Shown: positions 10,419 to 19,665 of the stretch, piece by piece
Position numbering within the stretch: the first letter of the stretch is position 1
How the letters are laid out: the number at the start of each line of letters is the position of its first letter
Assembly (NCBI GenBank): GCA_964593375.1
Contig: CAZQIF010000001.1
Span: 98,185-162,184 of the forward strand
Direction of reading: 5' to 3'
Origin: an uncultured Candidatus Saccharibacteria bacterium
GTDB lineage: Bacteria; Patescibacteriota; Minisyncoccia; Phycocordibacterales; UBA918
Length of the DNA: 64,000 nucleotides
The notes under the pieces: generated by a model
Seen by the model: the letters and a program-made list of their open reading frames with translations, nothing else
What the model was told of the DNA's origin: nothing
Database searches by the model: none
Position numbers and translations under genes: made by a program

Positions 10419-11390
10419 ATGACAAAGAAAACTACGGGAAAAAATGTGTTTCAACTGCTACCCTACATTGAAGATTTTTTGCTGTATATCCAAGCAAACA
10501 ATTATTCAGAAGAAACTTTATATAACTACGAGCGCGACTTGCTGACGTTCGATGCTTTTCTTTATGATGAAATGAGTAACCTCCCCTTCTCGAGCATAAC
10601 CAAGCGAACGGTCGAACAGTACAAAGCATATTTAAATTCTCGTGATCGAAAAACTGCTTCAGGAGACGATTCTGAACAGCGATTGAAGAGTGGGTCCATT
10701 AATCGTGCACTGACCTCACTTCGCAGGTACCTTGCGTATCTCATCGACATGGACTATGAAGCGCCCGTTGTTCCAGGTTCAATTAAACTCCTTCGTATGG
10801 AGAAGAAGCATGGTCAGGTAGCAGAACTAAATGAACTCATCGAACTCATCGAGTCACCGATGAAATTCGAAAAGGATAAGAGGGTTGCCCTTCGTAATCG
10901 AGCAGCACTTGAAACACTTTTTGCGAGTGGTATGCGTATATCAGAACTCATCAACTTAAAGCGAAACCAACTTGATAAATCTGGCCGAATTTTTATCCAA
11001 GGAAAAGGTAAGAAGCAAAGATTTATCTACCTCACTGAGCGTGCAATTAAGCACATTGGTTTCTATTTAGCAGAGCGTACGGATGACTTCCCCTACCTGT
11101 TTATTCCCGAACGAGGACTCAATGTCAAAGTCAAAAACAAACACATTTCTCCGAATTACCTGCAGATGAAAATAAAAAAATACCGTGAACTACTCGGTAT
11201 TAATGTTCCAACTAGTGCCCACTCACTGCGTCACGGTTTTGCAACATATCTCGCAGAAAAAGGTGCAAACCCTGCTGCCATCCAAATTCTCCTCGGACAT
11301 GAGTCACTTGATACCACCACGAGATACGTGCACGCTTCAGATAAGTATGCCGAGAGTACCCATAAGCAGTTCCACCCATTAAAGAAATGA
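10419..11390 (+). CDS. Tyrosine recombinase, XerC/XerD family
   Basis: N-terminal SAM-like domain; catalytic R (GMRISEL), HSLRH, LLGH and TTTRY. Confidence 0.92.
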   Translation: MTKKTTGKNVFQLLPYIEDFLLYIQANNYSEETLYNYERDLLTFDAFLYDEMSNLPFSSITKRTVEQYKAYLNSRDRKTASGDDSEQRLKSGSINRALTSLRRYLAYLIDMDYEAPVVPGSIKLLRMEKKHGQVAELNELIELIESPMKFEKDKRVALRNRAALETLFASGMRISELINLKRNQLDKSGRIFIQGKGKKQRFIYLTERAIKHIGFYLAERTDDFPYLFIPERGLNVKVKNKHISPNYLQMKIKKYRELLGINVPTSAHSLRHGFATYLAEKGANPAAIQILLGHESLDTTTRYVHASDKYAESTHKQFHPLKK

Positions 11391-11406
11391 AAGACTACAC
11401 GGATAT

Positions 11407-12195
11407 TTAAAATAGTCCGTTGGCGACCTCCGACAACATATCTCGATACTTTGAATCATCTTTCGTCAAAATAATTTCAAGTGTTCTGTTCGTGCTCAGT
11501 TTTGATTCTATTTCAGTATGACGTGTGAGATACTCTTTAAGACTTTCCGGAATAATTTCGTCCTGTGAGATTACGTGAAGTTTCGGATATGCTGCTCGGA
11601 TTCGATTCTTGAGGAGCACATAGTGCGTACATCCGAGCACAAGCGTACTCGCCTCCCCCAATTTGGTATCTATCATATTTTTGAGATACATCATTGCCTC
11701 ATCAATTTTTTCACTTTCAAGAAATGGAACCAATTCTGGTGTTGCGATGGATGTCAGTTTAATAGGTTTCTTTTCATTTTTTGCATTAAGTTCGATATCG
11801 TATTTTTTTGAGTTCACTGTTCGGCACGTACCAATGAGCAAAACGTTATGTGCACCCGATGCGAGAATTGTTTCTACTGTTGGAATGATGACTCCAAGAA
11901 TACGCTTGTCTGCGTAGACATGTGGAATGAGTTCGTCTTGTATTCTCCTCAGTGTTTCAGCTGATGCAGTGTTGCACGCAACAACAACAAGACCAGCACC
12001 TCTACTGAAAAGTTCTTTTACTCCATGTAATGTGAATGTGTACACTTCCTCTTCTGTTTTGTTACCATAGGGGAGATTGGCAGTGTCACCATAATACAGA
12101 TAATCATACTCTGGGAGGAGTGCACGTACTGCTTTGAGAATCGTAAATCCTCCAATGCCGGAGTCGAGAAAACCAATTTTTGTATCCGTTTCCAT
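11407..12195 (-). CDS. murI: Glutamate racemase
   Basis: DSGIGG, ACNTAS and LGCTHY motifs. Confidence 0.95.
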   Translation of the reverse strand: METDTKIGFLDSGIGGFTILKAVRALLPEYDYLYYGDTANLPYGNKTEEEVYTFTLHGVKELFSRGAGLVVVACNTASAETLRRIQDELIPHVYADKRILGVIIPTVETILASGAHNVLLIGTCRTVNSKKYDIELNAKNEKKPIKLTSIATPELVPFLESEKIDEAMMYLKNMIDTKLGEASTLVLGCTHYVLLKNRIRAAYPKLHVISQDEIIPESLKEYLTRHTEIESKLSTNRTLEIILTKDDSKYRDMLSEVANGLF

Positions 12196-12196
12196 A

Positions 12197-12427
12197 TTAG
12201 CTTTCTATCATTCGAAAACGAGGTATCGTCTCACTATTGTAAGTGACACATTCTTCAAACATCGAGCGTGGCCGTACCCATATTGCCTTTTCGCTAAAAT
12301 CATCCGAATTATATTCGGCTTGGTACACCACCATCTTTTCAAGAGTCTCACTATGTCTTGCAATCGCAATGACCGTATATTCTCGTCCTTTATAATGTCG
12401 ATATCTTTTTCCAACAATTGCTTCCAT
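12197..12427 (-). CDS. DUF1653 domain protein
   Basis: YRHYKG...HSETLE.MVVY...WVRP..MF. Confidence 0.9.
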   Translation of the reverse strand: MEAIVGKRYRHYKGREYTVIAIARHSETLEKMVVYQAEYNSDDFSEKAIWVRPRSMFEECVTYNSETIPRFRMIES

Positions 12428-12436
12428 GATATAAAA

Positions 12437-12889
12437 TTATTTTGCGAGTTTAACAATCTGCAAGTAGTGCTTTTTTGCCACCGGTTGTACCGAGAGTCGC
12501 ATACCCTTTTGCGTCACAAGCATATCAGCAAAAAATGGATCATTTTTGAGTACTGCTAATGTGAGCGGTTGCTTAAATTTTTTTTTAAATTTGAGATCAA
12601 CAGCAACCCAGCGAGGATTATCGGTTTTTGACTTTGCATCAAAGTACCTATGCTTTTGGTCAAACTGAGTTGGGTCTGGGTAGGCACCTTTTGCAACCTC
12701 TGCAAAGCCAACAACTCCAATCACTGTGGCATTTGAATGATAGAAAAGTACCCTATCCCCTACCCGCATAGTGCGCATAAAATTACGGGCTTGGTAATTG
12801 CGCACTCCATCCCACATACCAACCCCATTTCTCTCTAACGTATCAATACCATAGACCGACGGCTCACTTTTCATTAACCAATATTGCAT
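12437..12889 (-). CDS. EVE domain protein
   Basis: YWLMKSEP, WDGVRNYQARN and RLSVQPV motifs. Confidence 0.95.
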   Translation of the reverse strand: MQYWLMKSEPSVYGIDTLERNGVGMWDGVRNYQARNFMRTMRVGDRVLFYHSNATVIGVVGFAEVAKGAYPDPTQFDQKHRYFDAKSKTDNPRWVAVDLKFKKKFKQPLTLAVLKNDPFFADMLVTQKGMRLSVQPVAKKHYLQIVKLAK

Positions 12890-13004
12890 ATCTCAGTGAC
12901 CACATTATACACGGCATGGCAAAATCCGGCTTTTGATTTGATATAATTGTAGTGACGGTTACATAGTGCACAAACCGGTTATAACCATAATCACTAAATC
13001 AAAT

Positions 13005-13418
13005 ATGATGATGTCAGAATCACAACGCGCGCTTGTTCGTAACTACGGCACGCTCGTTGGACGTGTACTCCTGGGACTTCTCTTTTTAGTTTCAGGTATT
13101 AATAAGTTACTCGGCGAAGGGGGAGTTTCTGGATTTGCAGATGGAATTGAAAAGATGGGTCTCCCGCTCGCTATCGTCGTGGCATGGATTGTTGTACTCC
13201 TCGAGATTATCGGCGGAGCAATGATTGTCGTTGGCTACCGCGTTGGTCTCGCAGCTTCTGCGCTTATTATTTTCCTCGTTCTCACGGTGCTTCTTGTACA
13301 CAATCCACTTACCGATGCAAAACAACTTACCGGCGCACTCAAGAATCTTTCAATTCTTGGTGGTCTACTTTACGTTGTGGCATACGGCGCAGGTGAAGGT
13401 TGGAAGCTCAAGATATAG
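13005..13418 (+). CDS. DoxX family membrane protein
   Basis: GRVLLGLLFLVSGINK, EIIGG, KNLSILGGLL. Confidence 0.9.
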   Translation: MMMSESQRALVRNYGTLVGRVLLGLLFLVSGINKLLGEGGVSGFADGIEKMGLPLAIVVAWIVVLLEIIGGAMIVVGYRVGLAASALIIFLVLTVLLVHNPLTDAKQLTGALKNLSILGGLLYVVAYGAGEGWKLKI

Positions 13419-13435
13419 CACATTATTTTCGGGTA

Positions 13436-13468
13436 ACAAAAAGACCTCCGTTTAGGAGGTCTTTTTGT
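13436..13468. terminator. Bidirectional intrinsic terminator
   Basis: acaaaaagacctcc-gttta-ggaggtctttttgt between convergent genes. Confidence 0.85.
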
Positions 13469-13470
13469 TC

Positions 13471-13908
13471 TTAACGCATTGCAAGCGTAGGTTCCCAACA
13501 CGGAGCAGATGCGCTCCATGGTCGTGTCCCTTGCCGTTCATAGAGGTCACGAGCGTATGCCATATTGTCGTTGAGTTTCGTAAGATCAAGACCGAGTTTC
13601 TCTGCTTCAACTCCGTGGTAACGCGCATTGATTTGCATTACTCCAGTGTCTGCAGGATCTACTCGTCCTTGAAGAACTGACCCATCCGACAGAGTGTGTC
13701 GAAACGCTGATTCACAGCGTGCGATTTGAATCATGACAGGGATATCACTGAAGTAGGTGCGGACAGCCTTTTCTGTGTTTGTCCGTTCGCCCACCATTTC
13801 TTCAGTGACCTGTTCGTTTGTTGCAATGTTCCCATATGCGGCATCACTAACCGGTACCGCAACTACGTTCGTTACAGCGATAATGGCTGTAAGTAAACTA
13901 GATAATAT
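13471..13908 (-). CDS. Lysozyme-like/lytic transglycosylase (Rpf-like) protein; probable non-AUG start
   Basis: IARCES, GVMQIN and G.RPW...CW motifs; open hydrophobic in-frame extension from ATG 13797 up to ATA 13908. Confidence 0.75.
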   Translation of the reverse strand: MLSSLLTAIIAVTNVVAVPVSDAAYGNIATNEQVTEEMVGERTNTEKAVRTYFSDIPVMIQIARCESAFRHTLSDGSVLQGRVDPADTGVMQINARYHGVEAEKLGLDLTKLNDNMAYARDLYERQGTRPWSASAPCWEPTLAMR

Positions 13909-13980
13909 AAGCCTAGGGTCTTATCGAACAAATTTGCCTGAACGATTTTCAAACAAAAAACGGCGATATGCCGTTACCCC

Positions 13981-14011
13981 AATATAATAGCATATCTGGA
14001 TGAAAAGTCAA
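13981..14011 (-). promoter_or_regulatory. Sigma70-type promoter of the transglycosylase gene
   Basis: Minus strand TTGACT-16nt-TATTAT with TG extension. Confidence 0.6.
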
Positions 14012-14191
14012 GTTATACAACTGATATTTTGGTGTGTCAATGCGCAAATAGTATATATTTTAAGCCATATTCTAAAATTTTGTCACGGTTTATAGCCCTA
14101 AAAAGCACTTTGAAACAAGAAAAATGCTTATTTTTTTGAGCACCAAAATATGGCTTATTTGCTTATCCTTTAGGAGTGCTCTCTTCCCTCT

Positions 14192-15040
14192 TTATATGTG
14201 CCCGAGCCTTTGTTCAAGAAGTACCATACTTCCATAAAGACCACCTTCATCTTTGAGTTTTGCATCTACAATAGCCGGGCATGGGAGAAAATCGCCGAGT
14301 AATGCCTTGGTATGGCGGATAATATCATCGAGAAAGATGCGTGGATCACCTATGACCATCGAACCACCGAGCACAATGACATCTGGAGACCAGTATGCAA
14401 CGGTATTTTTGAGACCGTGTGCAAGATATTTGGCAAGTTCGTCCCACACAGGGTCATCTTGTGGGATTTCAAACGGTTTTACCCCTCTCCGCTTCTCGAG
14501 CGCAGTCCCAGAAACAAGGTTTTCAAGTGTATGTGCCGTATTGTGACCAAGAAGACTACGGTCAATATCAAGTTCCTGGTGTCCGGGCTCAAAACCGACA
14601 CTTGAGACATCAAGGTGGCCGTTCACAAAGCGTGCACCACCAACTCCAGTACTCACGGTGTGGTAAGCGACAATTGAATATCCCTTCCCTGCCCCATGTA
14701 TAGCTTCACCCAGTCCAACAATCGCTGTGTCATTTTCAAGGAATACGGGCGCATTAAATCGCTTTTTGAGTGTCTCTACAAGTGGTCGTCCAACCCAATC
14801 AAGGAGCTTTTTTTCGCTCACAATCGCCGTTTTTTCATGATTTAGAGGTCCGCGAATACCACCCCCAATCGCATCGATTTTCTCTCCCCCCGCAAGGTCT
14901 TCAATTGCCTTACCAATTACTTCCATTCCTTTATCGAATTCGAGCGGTGTCTCAAACTTGATGGGCTCACCATACGACTGCAAGTCTTCGCTTCGTGCAA
15001 CACGAGTTTTTGTTCCGCCAATATCAAATAAAATGTACAT
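14192..15040 (-). CDS. ROK family sugar kinase (glucokinase-like)
   Basis: DIGGTK, END and STGVGG motifs; adjacent to pgi. Confidence 0.9.
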   Translation of the reverse strand: MYILFDIGGTKTRVARSEDLQSYGEPIKFETPLEFDKGMEVIGKAIEDLAGGEKIDAIGGGIRGPLNHEKTAIVSEKKLLDWVGRPLVETLKKRFNAPVFLENDTAIVGLGEAIHGAGKGYSIVAYHTVSTGVGGARFVNGHLDVSSVGFEPGHQELDIDRSLLGHNTAHTLENLVSGTALEKRRGVKPFEIPQDDPVWDELAKYLAHGLKNTVAYWSPDVIVLGGSMVIGDPRIFLDDIIRHTKALLGDFLPCPAIVDAKLKDEGGLYGSMVLLEQRLGHI

Positions 15041-15048
15041 GTGGTGTG

Positions 15049-16290
15049 TTATTCACTGAGTAAGCTTCTCGTGTGTGATTTGTAGAGTTCAATGCTTGGT
15101 TGGTCAAAAGCGTTCACGTCAAAGAGATGGCCGAGTATCATTACCTCAATCATAGAAACTGCCATGAGACGTCCAATTTCGTGCGGTGAAAGTGAAGGAA
15201 TAACGGTTGAATGATATGGCAACCCCTCATCAGAATATGCTTTGATAACTCCTTCACGAATGGCCTCCACAATAGTACGCGGGGATTTATTAACGAGCAT
15301 TGGCAGGTTTGCAAGAAGCCAATGGTTAGGCAATTTTTCATCACTGTTACTGAGTACGGTATATATGAAGTGTGTGTAGATTCCGCGGTTTCCTGAGAGA
15401 TAGAGTTGTGCTACTGAGTGCAAGTCGCTCGCTGAGGAAACGGTAGGTAAAATAGGATAATCAAACGGTTTTCCTTGTTTTGTTGTCTTCTTTCCGATGC
15501 TTTCTGCAAGTAGCTGTCGGTACCAGAGTGCAAATCGAGTGAGCTGACGATTGAAGGTAAAGAGGTCGAGTGTGTGCATTCCTTCTTCGGCTTTTATCAC
15601 GAGGTTAACGGCGCTTCTGATTGCGGTTGCAATTTCTTCTTGAGAATGTGCACTCTCTGCACCACGTCTGAAGGCCTGTGTATCAATGCCGAGAATCGTG
15701 AGTGGTACAATACCTACCGCACTAAAAACTGAGTAACGACCACCGATTGAATCAGGAAAATCAATCCATGTAATTTTCTTTTTCTTTGCTATTTTGGCAA
15801 GTGCGCTTTTGTCGGAGCCGATGAATACCATTCGCGAATAGACTTTCTCCCCAAACTTTTCCTCTGCTCGAGCGAGCACTTCGGTGCCGTTCGTCATCGT
15901 TTCGGTTGTCGTTCCAGACTTAGTGGTAAAGACTATCGCAATGTCACTCACATCCTTAACGGTAGAAAGAAGATGCTTATACTCACGCATGCGCTGGTCA
16001 TCAATTGAGTCAAGGACAAGAAGCGATGACGTGAGCTCTGAAGAAAGTGCACCCTGGAGTGCCTCAACACCAAGTGTTGAACCACCAATACCAATAAGCA
16101 CCACATGTCGTGCACCTATGAGGTGCGCAATCTTCTTTTTTACTTGATTCTGATAGCGAATATCACCCGCTATGCCAAGCGCAGATTCATGTTTAGCGTA
16201 GTTTGGCTTTTGGAAGCTCTCGACTAGTTTTTTTGCGTACGCGCGTGCTTTCTTTTCTAATGTTCTTTGTCGGTCTGATGCTCCTGTCAT
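15049..16290 (-). CDS. pgi: Glucose-6-phosphate isomerase
   Basis: GIGGSTLG, KSGTTTET, GGRYSVFS, QLLAESIGK and FDQP.IE.YK motifs. Confidence 0.92.
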   Translation of the reverse strand: MTGASDRQRTLEKKARAYAKKLVESFQKPNYAKHESALGIAGDIRYQNQVKKKIAHLIGARHVVLIGIGGSTLGVEALQGALSSELTSSLLVLDSIDDQRMREYKHLLSTVKDVSDIAIVFTTKSGTTTETMTNGTEVLARAEEKFGEKVYSRMVFIGSDKSALAKIAKKKKITWIDFPDSIGGRYSVFSAVGIVPLTILGIDTQAFRRGAESAHSQEEIATAIRSAVNLVIKAEEGMHTLDLFTFNRQLTRFALWYRQLLAESIGKKTTKQGKPFDYPILPTVSSASDLHSVAQLYLSGNRGIYTHFIYTVLSNSDEKLPNHWLLANLPMLVNKSPRTIVEAIREGVIKAYSDEGLPYHSTVIPSLSPHEIGRLMAVSMIEVMILGHLFDVNAFDQPSIELYKSHTRSLLSE

Positions 16291-16314
16291 ACGAATCAGA
16301 GAGTTAGGTTAGTG

Positions 16315-17064
16315 TTAAATTTGTCGTGGCGACAATTGATCAACATGGCTTGTAATGTACGCATACGCTTCATCAACAGAATCAACGAGATGCATAAGTT
16401 CCAAGTCTTCTGCGTCGATAGTCTTAAAGTCTTTCATCAGTTCCTTCTTCATGAAATTCAGCACGGGTGTCCAAAATTCTTTTCCATACAGTACGACGGG
16501 GATTTTTGATATTTTTTTTGTTTGAATGAGGGTAATCAATTCAAATAGCTCATCGAGCGTACCAAAGCCCCCTGGGAAATACACATACACTTCTGATGCA
16601 AACGAGAGCATTACCTTGCGAGAGAAGAAAAAATGAAATGTTTCAGTTTCAGTGACGTATGGATTGAGCTTTTGTTCCATGGGTAGCTCGATATTGAGTC
16701 CGACAGACTTCCCTCCGACTTTAAATGCACCGACGTTTGCCGCCTCCATGATGCCGGGGCCACCTCCGGTAATTATTGCAAAACCAGCTTTAGCAAGGCG
16801 GGCTGCAAGTTCTTCAGCAGCTTTGTATATAGGTTCACCTGGGCGCGTACGTGCGCTTCCAAAGAAGGTTGCTGCCGTGCCGTACTTGCGGAGAATTTCA
16901 AAACCATCAACAAATTCCGACATGATGCGGAAAATGCGCCATGATTGCACCGCATCATCAGTCTCGAAGAGGTCGGTAAGTACTCTGCAGTGAATATCTT
17001 TTGGGTCACCTTTCCCTTTTTTCTTCTTGGGTTTACTTTCAAAAATTTTATTTTGGCTACTCAT
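16315..17064 (-). CDS. LOG family (TIGR00730-like) nucleotide phosphoribohydrolase
   Basis: FGSAR, TGGGPGIMEAAN and PGGFGTLDE motifs. Confidence 0.92.
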   Translation of the reverse strand: MSSQNKIFESKPKKKKGKGDPKDIHCRVLTDLFETDDAVQSWRIFRIMSEFVDGFEILRKYGTAATFFGSARTRPGEPIYKAAEELAARLAKAGFAIITGGGPGIMEAANVGAFKVGGKSVGLNIELPMEQKLNPYVTETETFHFFFSRKVMLSFASEVYVYFPGGFGTLDELFELITLIQTKKISKIPVVLYGKEFWTPVLNFMKKELMKDFKTIDAEDLELMHLVDSVDEAYAYITSHVDQLSPRQI

Positions 17065-17094
17065 GCGTATAGTGTATCATGCCAAAACATAGAA

Positions 17095-17187
17095 AATAGA
17101 ATATGGAATATGGAATAGTGAATATGAAAACGAGCGATTAGCTGTTAGCACCTAGCTCTTAGAGCTAATCGCTAAGTGCTAACTAAC
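17095..17187. repeat. Heptamer simple-sequence arrays (GAATATG; TTAGCAC/GCTAAGT inverted)
   Basis: atatggaatatggaatagtgaatatgaa and ttagctgttagcacctagctcttagagctaatcgctaagtgctaac. Confidence 0.65.
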
Positions 17188-17780
17188 TACAACCACGGAA
17201 TCGAGAATTGCTCAAATTCAGGAACAAGTTTACGGCTATACAGAAGTCGTGAGATAACTTCAGCATGACAGAGGGCACCTGTAAGGGCATTGTGGGGTTC
17301 TGGTTCACTTTCGATGCCACAATAGTTGAGTACCGCGTCAAGATTAAGTGCTGAACGACGATGTTCGGGGTCTATTGGTGGTGTGAGTCCGTGATTTACC
17401 ATGTGCATGTAGCAAAGAGTATGGGTATCAATTGTACGATGTGCCAAATCCCATGCGATATTTTCACGGTCACACGCAGCTTTAAGATAATCACGGTCGA
17501 ATGAAACATTTTGCCCCGCAAGGGTGCGGTCACCCATATGCTGCGACCACTCGAGGAACATGCGTACAATTTCTCCTTCTGGTAACTTTTTTGGGTCTCT
17601 TGCTTCCTCCTCGGTAAAACCACAGACCGCGAGAGCCTCTTCCATTACATGGGCACCTTCCCACATGCGACATTCTTCATAAAAACGGTTTGTTGGATTA
17701 TCAAAATCAAGTGCGCCAATCGAGAGAATGGAGTGCTTTGCGTACTCGGTCCCCGAGGCTTCAATGTCTATGACTATCAT
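17187..17780 (-). CDS. DEDDh 3'-5' exonuclease
   Basis: IDIEASG, GQNVSFD, IDT and HNAL motifs; last acidic residue appears replaced (HNALTGA). Confidence 0.85.
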   Translation of the reverse strand: MIVIDIEASGTEYAKHSILSIGALDFDNPTNRFYEECRMWEGAHVMEEALAVCGFTEEEARDPKKLPEGEIVRMFLEWSQHMGDRTLAGQNVSFDRDYLKAACDRENIAWDLAHRTIDTHTLCYMHMVNHGLTPPIDPEHRRSALNLDAVLNYCGIESEPEPHNALTGALCHAEVISRLLYSRKLVPEFEQFSIPWL

Positions 17781-17916
17781 AGAGATAGCATAGCATAAAC
17801 GCGGAGGGACGCAGACAAGACGCGGATGTACGCAGAAAAGGATTTGGCTTAAATAATAATTTTTCTTATCACAAAATTGTGGAGTGCCAAATGTGCTTGC
17901 ACATTACCTACTGTGC

Positions 17917-17944
17917 TTGACATTAATCGTGAGTATGCTATGAT
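17917..17944 (+). promoter_or_regulatory. Strong sigma70 promoter
   Basis: TTGACA (17917-22), 16-nt spacer, TG-c-TATGAT (17939-44). Confidence 0.75.
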
Positions 17945-17950
17945 ATTCGC

Positions 17951-18215
17951 GTTCAGGGACAGCAAACTCCTTGGGCAAATTTATAGAAATGTAGAGTTTG
18001 TGGTTCAGGTGTAAAAAGGAGGCTGGTATCCCCTGTAAAAACTACCTCAGCAGTTCAAGAGACCCGGAGCTAAGCATCTCCGTTTAAAGTGCCAATGTAG
18101 TACCCGGTCACCGCTGAGCTCGACTCCGCGGTGACCGGCCATCAATTCTAGTTCTAAGGACCAGTACGACCGCGCCCATTCATACCATATTCAACTGTGG
18201 TGAGGCGCGGTTTTT
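17951..18215 (+). ncRNA. Candidate structured non-coding RNA of unknown family
   Basis: Own promoter, no credible ORF, nested stems, possible pseudoknot, terminal GC stem plus T-tract. Confidence 0.55.
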
Positions 18216-18248
18216 ATATTTATATTGAAATTTTGTTACAATGTAATC

Positions 18249-18911
18249 ATGCGTGTCACTATTCATGATTCTTGGAAAAAGGTGCTTAAAGATGAATTTG
18301 AAGCTCCGTATTTTAAAACTCTTAGTGAAACTGTAAGAAATGCGTATTTAGAAAAAACTGTCTTCCCTCCTCCGAAGCTTGTCTTTAATGCATTTGAGCT
18401 CTGTCCATTTGAACAAGTAAAAGTCGTAATACTCGGACAAGACCCCTACCACGGTAAGGGTCAAGCACACGGGCTCTGCTTTTCAGTGCAAGATGGTGTG
18501 AAAATTCCTCCCTCACTTCAAAATATTTATAAGGAAATAAAAGATGATATTGGTAAAGAAATTCCTGAAACTGGTGATTTAGAAAATTGGGCTAAGCAAG
18601 GGGTGCTTTTACTTAACGCAACACTCACCGTAGAAGCCGGTCATGCAGGTTCTCACCAAGGACTCGGTTGGGAACAATTTACCGATGCGGTCATTAAGAA
18701 AATTTCTGATGAGAAGGAGCATGTCGTGTTTCTCCTCTGGGGGAAATACGCGCAAGGAAAAGAATCCCTCATTGACGCATCAAAACACCTCCTATTGAAA
18801 GCTCCCCACCCTTCCCCGTTTTCGGTACATACCGGCTTTTTCGGATGCAAACACTTTAGTAAAACAAATGCATATTTGGAGAAATACGGAATTAAAGAAA
18901 TCAGGTGGTGA
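18249..18911 (+). CDS. ung: Uracil-DNA glycosylase family 1
   Basis: GQDPYH, GVLLLN and HPSP motifs. Confidence 0.97.
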   Translation: MRVTIHDSWKKVLKDEFEAPYFKTLSETVRNAYLEKTVFPPPKLVFNAFELCPFEQVKVVILGQDPYHGKGQAHGLCFSVQDGVKIPPSLQNIYKEIKDDIGKEIPETGDLENWAKQGVLLLNATLTVEAGHAGSHQGLGWEQFTDAVIKKISDEKEHVVFLLWGKYAQGKESLIDASKHLLLKAPHPSPFSVHTGFFGCKHFSKTNAYLEKYGIKEIRW

Positions 18912-18915
18912 AAAC

Positions 18916-19030
18916 TAGCACGTAGCTATTAGCACTTAGCCTCTGGATCGCTTCACTTCGTTCGCGTTGACGACCGGCGCGCGAAGCGCGCCGGTCGTTG
19001 CTAAGTGCTAAAAGCTAGGTGCTAATAGCT
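18916..19030. repeat. Composite palindromic repeat (heptamer array, CTGGAT hairpin, GC hairpin, inverted heptamer array)
   Basis: ctggatcgcttcacttcgttcgcgttgac closely matches 666-694; tagctattagcactt matches 1161-1175. Confidence 0.8.
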
Positions 19031-19659
19031 TATATGAAAAAATTCTCTGGGAGTTCTGTATCAAAAATTTTTGTGAGAAGGAAATGTTTCTTTTCTTCGC
19101 TTTCTTTTGCTTGACGAACGGCGTCCATACTCAGCACATACCCTAGTGCAGGAGCTCCACTCACCGAATCGTACGATTTTTCCTCTCCGATTCGAATACA
19201 GCCAAGTGACTCGTAAAATACGCGATGCTTAGGGTTAATAGCAAAACAGAGGTAATCGTGTGCACTCACGAGTCCATATTGCACCGCAAGACCAAGAAGC
19301 CCGACTGATACATCAAGAACAGCAATGTGTGGGAATTCCTTAAGTGCCAATTTATTAATTGCAAACTGACATACCTCTCCAATCCGAGCACCCGTATCTC
19401 GATACACTCCAAGTTCTTCGCGGTACATTATATCCATCGGCACACCATGCATGTCAGACACTACGGAGATTGTGCCAAACAGTTGTTCATTGTGGCGCGC
19501 AATCATCGTCGTTGCTCCTGCCCTGCCTAAATATGCGCCAATGCCTTCATTGTGCGAATCATCTGGATTACGGTATCCCTCTTTAACATACACTTCATGC
19601 ACAAGTTGTAGTGAATCTTGCAAGTCATCTTCTGTGCACGCAACACTAAATTGAACCAT
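19030..19659 (-). CDS. N-acyl amino acid synthase, FeeM-like (GNAT fold)
   Basis: LVHEVY..EGY, GTISV, EVCQFA, INPKH..FYE.LG and V.GAPA motifs typical of FeeM-type synthases; adjacent to ACP. Confidence 0.8.
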   Translation of the reverse strand: MVQFSVACTEDDLQDSLQLVHEVYVKEGYRNPDDSHNEGIGAYLGRAGATTMIARHNEQLFGTISVVSDMHGVPMDIMYREELGVYRDTGARIGEVCQFAINKLALKEFPHIAVLDVSVGLLGLAVQYGLVSAHDYLCFAINPKHRVFYESLGCIRIGEEKSYDSVSGAPALGYVLSMDAVRQAKESEEKKHFLLTKIFDTELPENFFI

Positions 19660-19665
19660 AAAAAA

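Noticed and set aside
10419-11390. Prophage integrase or integron integrase
   Set aside because: No phage genes nearby, no obvious IntI-specific insertion and no attC array; size and motifs fit a chromosomal Xer.
17951-18215. tmRNA, RNase P RNA, SRP RNA or c-di-GMP-I riboswitch
   Set aside because: Only fragmentary resemblance (gggcaaa...gaaa, tcagg...agga). GAGGAAAGUCC, a tRNA-like acceptor with tag ORF, and GACGCAAA are absent.
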